NCBI GenBank assembly: GCA_964627255.1
Contig: CAZVIN010000007.1
Location: 3,051-67,050, forward strand
Direction: 5' to 3'
Source of the DNA: an uncultured Eubacteriales bacterium
GTDB taxonomy: Bacteria > Acidobacteriota > Aminicenantia > Aminicenantales > CALLJL01
DNA length: 64,000 bases
Part shown: positions 59,175 through 64,000 of the stretch, one piece after another
How the letters are laid out: each line of letters starts with the position of its first letter
Position numbering within the stretch: the stretch's first letter is position 1
The notes under the pieces: generated by a model
What the model saw: only the letters and a program-made list of their open reading frames with translations
Databases searched by the model: none
What the model was told of the DNA's origin: nothing
Translations under genes and position numbers: made by a program

Positions 59175-60578
59175 ATGGAGAAGAGAGAAAAAGTTGATAT
59201 AGTCATAATCGGGGCTGGTCCGGGTGGCTATGTGGCCGCTTTGCGCGGGTCTCAGCTAAAAAAGAAAGTGGCGTTAATAGAAGAGGATAAAGTAGGTGGA
59301 ACCTGTACCAATTATGGTTGTATTCCCACTAAATTTCTTCTTCACGAGACGCAGGTTTTAACCGAAGCCAGGCGGTCACCAAGAATAAAAGGAAAAGAAG
59401 TTCTACAGTTTGACTGGGCCGAAGCCCAGAAAACTCGTCAGAGTGTTATTGACCGGTTAGTCAAAGGAATCGAGTTTCTTCTCGAAAAAAATGGGGTGAA
59501 GCTAATTAAAGGTAAAGCCAGGTTTGGGGATAAGCGTCTGATAAGTGTCATTACCCCGGAGGAGGAAATTCTGATTGAGGCCGAAAAAGTTATCCTGGCT
59601 ACTGGAAGTCGGTCCGCTGACTTAAGCTGTCTCCAAGCCGACGGTCGGAAGATATTGACCAGCCGGGAGGCTTTAGAGTTAAAGGAACCGCCGTCGCGCT
59701 TAATCATTATCGGTGCCGGAGCGATAGGCTTAGAAATGGGGTCTATTTTTTCGCGGGTCGGGACAAAGGTTATTATCCTGGAGATTCTACCCAGACTTCT
59801 TCCTGGTTCAGACCGGCAGTTGACTGAGAGGTTAGGTCGGTTTTTGAAACGCCAGGGAATTGAAATCCAGACAGAGATGAGGGTTGAAAAGGCAGAAGTC
59901 GCATCGGGTGGAGTTAAGTTGAGTGGCACCTGTCTTAAGACTAATTCGCCTTTCAGCCTCGAAGCTGACCTGGTTCTTTTAGCCGCCGGCCGGCGACCAA
60001 ATTCAGAAATTGTCAGGGATGTCGATTCCCGTCTCTGTGGCCCGGGTGGTTTTGTCCAAGTCAACCAATTTCTTGAGACAGCCTGGAAAGATGTCTATGC
60101 GGTTGGCGACCTTATTGGCGGGAAATTATTAGCTCATAAAGCCATGCATGAAGGAATCCTGGCGATGGAAAACGCCTCTGGAGCGCAACAGGTTTTAGAA
60201 CCCCAGACCATTCCCCTTGCCGTTTTCACTGACCCCGAACTGGCTGCGGTTGGCTGGACGGAAGAAGAAGCCCAAGAGATGGGGCTACGGCCAAGGGTAG
60301 GCGTTTTTCCGCTGCAGGCGAGCGGCCGAGCTTTAGCCATGGGAAAAACTGAGGGGCTGGTGAAAGTTGTGGCTGACGAAGCTGGCAAGATAGTTGGTGC
60401 CCACATTCTTTCCCCTTCGGCCTCTGAGATGATTGGCGAAATGACCTTGGCGGTACGGTTTGGGCTAAAACTGGAAGATATTGGCCGGACAATTCATGTC
60501 CATCCGACTTTGTCCGAAGCCCTTTCAGAAGTTAGCCTGAAGGCAATGAACCACGCCCTGCATTTGCTCAATGAATAA
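59175..60578 (+). CDS. lpdA: Dihydrolipoyl dehydrogenase
   Basis: FAD motif GAGPGGY, redox disulfide GGTCTNYGCIPTK, NAD motif GAGAIGLE, and C-terminal dimerisation His. ATG at 59175 after GGAGG. Confidence 0.9.
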   Translation: MEKREKVDIVIIGAGPGGYVAALRGSQLKKKVALIEEDKVGGTCTNYGCIPTKFLLHETQVLTEARRSPRIKGKEVLQFDWAEAQKTRQSVIDRLVKGIEFLLEKNGVKLIKGKARFGDKRLISVITPEEEILIEAEKVILATGSRSADLSCLQADGRKILTSREALELKEPPSRLIIIGAGAIGLEMGSIFSRVGTKVIILEILPRLLPGSDRQLTERLGRFLKRQGIEIQTEMRVEKAEVASGGVKLSGTCLKTNSPFSLEADLVLLAAGRRPNSEIVRDVDSRLCGPGGFVQVNQFLETAWKDVYAVGDLIGGKLLAHKAMHEGILAMENASGAQQVLEPQTIPLAVFTDPELAAVGWTEEEAQEMGLRPRVGVFPLQASGRALAMGKTEGLVKVVADEAGKIVGAHILSPSASEMIGEMTLAVRFGLKLEDIGRTIHVHPTLSEALSEVSLKAMNHALHLLNE

Positions 60579-60651
60579 ATTAGGAAACTAATATTTCTCT
60601 TACCTCTGCTGCGGATAAAGCAAGGACTTGGTCGGGATGGCCTCGCTCCCG

Positions 60652-62190
60652 TTAAAGTTTTTCGCGGCGCTTCGTTTTTATTAAATTGTGCACACTTTTC
60701 TCTCTCATTAGCCTTTGGATATCAGCAATTTCTTTCGGCGCGCGGGCGGACAGAATCTCATTTCCGTTTTCAGTGATTAGAATATCATCTTCTATGCGAA
60801 CTCCAAAGCCGGCATAGCGAGCATAGACTGGGGCTACTTTTTTCTGGAAAGCCTCAATTTCAGCTTCCGGCACTTTCCCTTTGAGGGATTCAAGATAGGT
60901 CTCAACCCTTTTTTCAGGGAAGTAGAGGCCTGGTTCCATAGTCATGACCATGCCCGGCTTCATGACAACTTTATCTAAACGCGGTCCGTGCCAACTCCAG
61001 GCATCATGGACATCAAGGCCAATGCCGTGACCAAAGCCGTGTTGAATATAAAGACGTCTCTGCCAGGGACTATTAACATCCGTTACCAGACCCAGCTTTT
61101 CCAGGCCAGCCAGCAGAATTTTTTCCACCTCATCCTGGACGGCTTTAAAGGTGACGCCGGCGACAAGGCGGCGGCAACCTTCTTTTTGGGCTTGCAGCAC
61201 AAGTTCATAAATTTCTCGCTGCTCCTTGGTGAACCGGCCGCTGGCGGGAATGGTGCGGCTGACATCTGACGTGTATCCCCTGATATAAGCCCCAACATCA
61301 AAGACAATCATGTCACGGCCCATTAATTCCCGAGAAGTGGCTCCAAAGTGAATGTTGGTTGAATTGGGACCTGAGGCTACTTGAAGGAAGGATTCCTTAG
61401 TTTCTTGTCGATTAAAAATATATTTGATGATGGCGGCCAGGTCTATTTCCCGCATTCCAGCTTCAGCCGCTCGGTAGGCCTCGTTAAGAGCTTCGGTCGT
61501 TAAATCAACGGCCTTACGCAAAGCTTGAATTTCATCATCGTCCTTGGTCAGACGCATCTCCAGTAAAAGGGGGTCTAAATTAAAAAGGGCTTCGGCTTGG
61601 GCCAAAGGTTGGACTAAACCGAAGGTTCTGGAGAGGAAATCTAAATCGGAAAAGGGGAGGAAAAGCCGGCAGGGCTGATTAGCTGAGGACCGCAGAAAGG
61701 GTGAGAACTCTTCCATAGGCTTGATTATTATCGGCGGGCCTTCTTTGGTTTGAGTTTGACCGGAGGCTTTTTCAAGTAACCTTGATTCTCTGTCTTCTTC
61801 TAAAATTTCTGATGGTCCCGCCAGAGCTGAAGCCGCTCTTGGTCTTGGGGGTTGGGGCCGAAAAAGAATGGCTCTCGGAACTTCTGCTCCTTCTATAACC
61901 AGCACCGCTTCGGGTTCGTGTAGTCCTGTAAGGTAAAAGAAGTTGAGGTTTTCCCTTAGACCCTGGCGGCTCATAAACTGCGAGGGAATTATGACCAGGC
62001 TATTGGGGTGTCTCTCTATTAGTCTGGCCCGGCGGGAAGCATAAAGAGGTGAATCACCTATTTCCCGCGATGGGGTGAGCTGTTCCAGTTGTCGTTTTTC
62101 TCCAAGTTCCTCTGACGATGAAGAGTTTAAAATGCTAAGCGTAAGGATAGAAAATATTATTAATAAAATTGTCTTTTTATATGGAAGCAT
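60652..62190 (-). CDS. M24 family Xaa-Pro aminopeptidase, secreted
   Basis: 512 aa with a signal peptide, an AMP_N-like N-domain carrying an insertion, and a C-terminal pita-bread metal-ligand pattern (D..D..HGFGHGIGLDVHD..E..E). AGGAGG RBS. Confidence 0.82.
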   Translation of the reverse strand: MLPYKKTILLIIFSILTLSILNSSSSEELGEKRQLEQLTPSREIGDSPLYASRRARLIERHPNSLVIIPSQFMSRQGLRENLNFFYLTGLHEPEAVLVIEGAEVPRAILFRPQPPRPRAASALAGPSEILEEDRESRLLEKASGQTQTKEGPPIIIKPMEEFSPFLRSSANQPCRLFLPFSDLDFLSRTFGLVQPLAQAEALFNLDPLLLEMRLTKDDDEIQALRKAVDLTTEALNEAYRAAEAGMREIDLAAIIKYIFNRQETKESFLQVASGPNSTNIHFGATSRELMGRDMIVFDVGAYIRGYTSDVSRTIPASGRFTKEQREIYELVLQAQKEGCRRLVAGVTFKAVQDEVEKILLAGLEKLGLVTDVNSPWQRRLYIQHGFGHGIGLDVHDAWSWHGPRLDKVVMKPGMVMTMEPGLYFPEKRVETYLESLKGKVPEAEIEAFQKKVAPVYARYAGFGVRIEDDILITENGNEILSARAPKEIADIQRLMREKSVHNLIKTKRREKL

Positions 62191-62440
62191 CTTAACAACC
62201 TCCTTTTCCTCTAAATTTATAACCGCGAAGTTTCGATTGACGGAAATATTTTAACTTCATCACTATATTTTTACTTTTCTCCATTATTATCTCAAAAATA
62301 ATTTTTTTCTATTATTTTTTCCTCTTTTCGGGCCAAGCTGTGGGATAAGCTGGCGGTAGCGGAAGTTATTATTAAAGGTTTCAGCTTTTGGCTTCTCGCA
62401 TCAGCCTCCGAGCGAACCTTCAAAGGCCGAGGATGTCTCA

Positions 62441-62466
62441 ATAATAGGTGACAATAATAGGTGACA
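62441..62466. repeat. Tandem direct repeat, 2 copies of 13 bp (ATAATAGGTGACA)
   Basis: Read directly in the 590-bp intergenic region. Candidate operator or regulatory element. Confidence 0.8.
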
Positions 62467-62742
62467 GTTTACATATTTACCTAATTTCATAAAGCGGCGC
62501 AATGGAACAATGAAAAAGGCCCAAAAGGAGGTAGACGGCATCAAGATTGCCTCGATGAACAGGGGGCGAGTTTGCCCGGCTCGGCGAAGGGAGAAGACGA
62601 AACGGCGTGGAAAGCCTTAGTGGGAGCGAGGCGATGCCGGACGTCTCTGGGCCTAACCCGCGGAACAGGGTAGACAAGCAGTTTCCTTTAATAGCGGGTA
62701 AGATAATAGTATGAATAGATTAAGCCGGAAAAAAATCTGGCG

Positions 62743-62772
62743 TTGACGGAGGGATTGACCAGCCTATACAAT
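62743..62772 (+). promoter_or_regulatory. Sigma70-like promoter (TTGACG, 18-bp spacer, TACAAT) abutting the ATG at 62782
   Basis: -35 at 62743-62748 and -10 at 62767-62772. The predicted TSS is about 0-3 nt before the ATG, implying a leaderless mRNA. Confidence 0.45.
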
Positions 62773-62781
62773 GAAAAGCTG

Positions 62782-64000
62782 ATGAAAAAGTTTGAGGTAA
62801 TCTATGAAGCGGGATGGTATAGCCAAGAGCATGACGGCCTTTATCCTTTTCGCTGGATGAGCCGCGAAGCCAGCCTGCGGATAAGTTTACCCGCTGAACC
62901 GGGAAAGAAATTGCTCGTCATCGTCGCCGGCCATTCTTTTGAGGCTGAGGAGCCAGAGCTAAGGGTTTTAATCGCTAATAGAGAAATCGGAAAAAGAAAG
63001 ATTCGAGCTGCCTTCTCTCCTTATTTTTTTCTCTTAGAAGAACAAGGCGAATTCTCCGTGAAATTTATTCTGGACCGGGTTTTCCTGGCCCCTGATGATA
63101 GCCGCCAGCTCGGGGTTATGGTGCGCTCGATTGAGATCATCTGGCTGAGCGAATTGTCAGCGCCATTTTATGCTGAGGGATGGCACGAGTGGGAAAAAGG
63201 TGAATTATTTCCCTTTAGATGGATGGGCCAAGAAGCCAAAATTTATTTGCCTCCTTCCTGGAGAGGAGGCTATTTAGTCCTGCCAATTTCCAGTGAGTAT
63301 TTTAATCAGAAGCAAGTCCTGACGGTTTTTTCAGGAAACAAAGAGTTGGCTAACTGGCCTCTTCTTTATCAGTGGAATACCTATAGTGTGGAGCTTCCTA
63401 GTTACGAACCAGAAAATTGGCTCGAAAATTCCGTTAGAGACGGCAAAAAATTAGTTTCTTCCGTGAGAATAAAAGAATCAGGCGTCGACGAGGCGATCGA
63501 GCTCACTCTTAAATTGAACCGCCTTTTTCCTGAGAGCTATCATCCTGAAGACCGCCGCGAGCTGGGGATAAGGGTGGGCCCGTTAACTTGGCATCAAGAT
63601 AAAGAGAGACATCAAGATATTACCTTTTTCCATCAAAATGCCGTCAAGAATTACCAGGAAATGATGGCGGGGGAGACGATTCTCGCCTCCTTTCCTGTCA
63701 ACCTGGGCATCGACCTTTACGCCCGATGTAATATTTCTCCTCCGTGTGTTTATTGCCTTTATGACCGAATGAAAGACCTCGAAGGCGAAGACAAAGAGAT
63801 CATCGTTGATGACCGAACCTTGGCCAGCTATGGGCCATTCTTTAAGGCCGCTCGCAGTGTGGTTAATTGTTCCTTTGGTGAACCTTTGCTTCATCCCCGT
63901 CTTGAAGAAATTCTGCAGTTTTGTGCTTCGCGCGGGAAAATCGTGGAGCTTTCCACCAACGGTCAGGCTTTTACTCCGCGAACAATTCGGGCTCTCTTGG
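62782..64000 (+). CDS. Radical SAM protein with a novel internally repeated N-terminal domain (partial, runs off the window)
   Basis: Open frame from the ATG at 62782 to the window end (more than 406 codons), not in the supplied ORF track. C-terminal radical SAM core: CNISPPCVYC (CX5CX2C), FGEPLLHP (GGE motif) and ELSTNG (ribose motif). The N-terminal approximately 330 aa carry repeated W-x3-E ... PFRWM ... A modules. Confidence 0.65.
   Translation, partial: MKKFEVIYEAGWYSQEHDGLYPFRWMSREASLRISLPAEPGKKLLVIVAGHSFEAEEPELRVLIANREIGKRKIRAAFSPYFFLLEEQGEFSVKFILDRVFLAPDDSRQLGVMVRSIEIIWLSELSAPFYAEGWHEWEKGELFPFRWMGQEAKIYLPPSWRGGYLVLPISSEYFNQKQVLTVFSGNKELANWPLLYQWNTYSVELPSYEPENWLENSVRDGKKLVSSVRIKESGVDEAIELTLKLNRLFPESYHPEDRRELGIRVGPLTWHQDKERHQDITFFHQNAVKNYQEMMAGETILASFPVNLGIDLYARCNISPPCVYCLYDRMKDLEGEDKEIIVDDRTLASYGPFFKAARSVVNCSFGEPLLHPRLEEILQFCASRGKIVELSTNGQAFTPRTIRALL

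Noticed and set aside
62510-62623. 37-codon basic ORF (MKKAQKEVDGIKIASMNRGRVCPARRREKTKRRGKP) upstream of the radical SAM gene as a possible RiPP precursor
   Set aside because: No RBS, many rare Arg codons (AGG/CGA/CGG), and a composition atypical for precursor peptides.

Overview
This is a roughly 50% GC, densely coding segment (about 55 genes) of a diderm (Gram-negative), probably anaerobic bacterial chromosome. No rRNA, tRNA, CRISPR array or intact mobile element was recognisable by eye.

Housekeeping blocks:
- A TCA set: class I fumarate hydratase beta subunit, mdh and icd on the minus strand, with acnB divergent.
- An isobutyryl-CoA-mutase-like split acyl-CoA mutase operon (SDR, small beta-barrel protein, large subunit, B12 subunit), with an acyl-CoA dehydrogenase nearby.
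- fmt-def.
- mreB-mreC-mreD-mrdA-rodA, followed by a fused TIGR03960/TIGR03936-type radical SAM protein.
- truB-nrnA-rbfA-DUF503-infB-nusA, preceded by a K+-independent H+-pyrophosphatase.
- miaB, recN, bamD, rpe, ltaE, lpd and an M24 peptidase.

The envelope/accessory complement is large:
- A PKD-domain outer-membrane protein.
- A 1040-aa BNR/sortilin-like secreted protein with a possible T9SS-type C-terminal domain.
- An S8 protease and two small beta-barrel OMPs.
- A TonB-dependent receptor, a His-rich OMP and an HdrE/HdrD-like membrane Fe-S oxidoreductase.
- A kinase-less PASTA protein, a lone exbD and a tandem DUF507 pair.

The most unusual signals are two compound tetranucleotide microsatellite arrays, each followed by about 200 bp of strongly G-depleted low-complexity sequence, in two unrelated intergenic regions. 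One of them, (CATT)9 on the plus strand, which reads (AATG)9 on the minus strand, physically contains the start codon of the His-rich OMP gene. At the right edge there is a partial radical SAM protein with a non-canonical CX5CX2C cluster, a novel internally repeated N-terminal domain, and a leaderless-type promoter.
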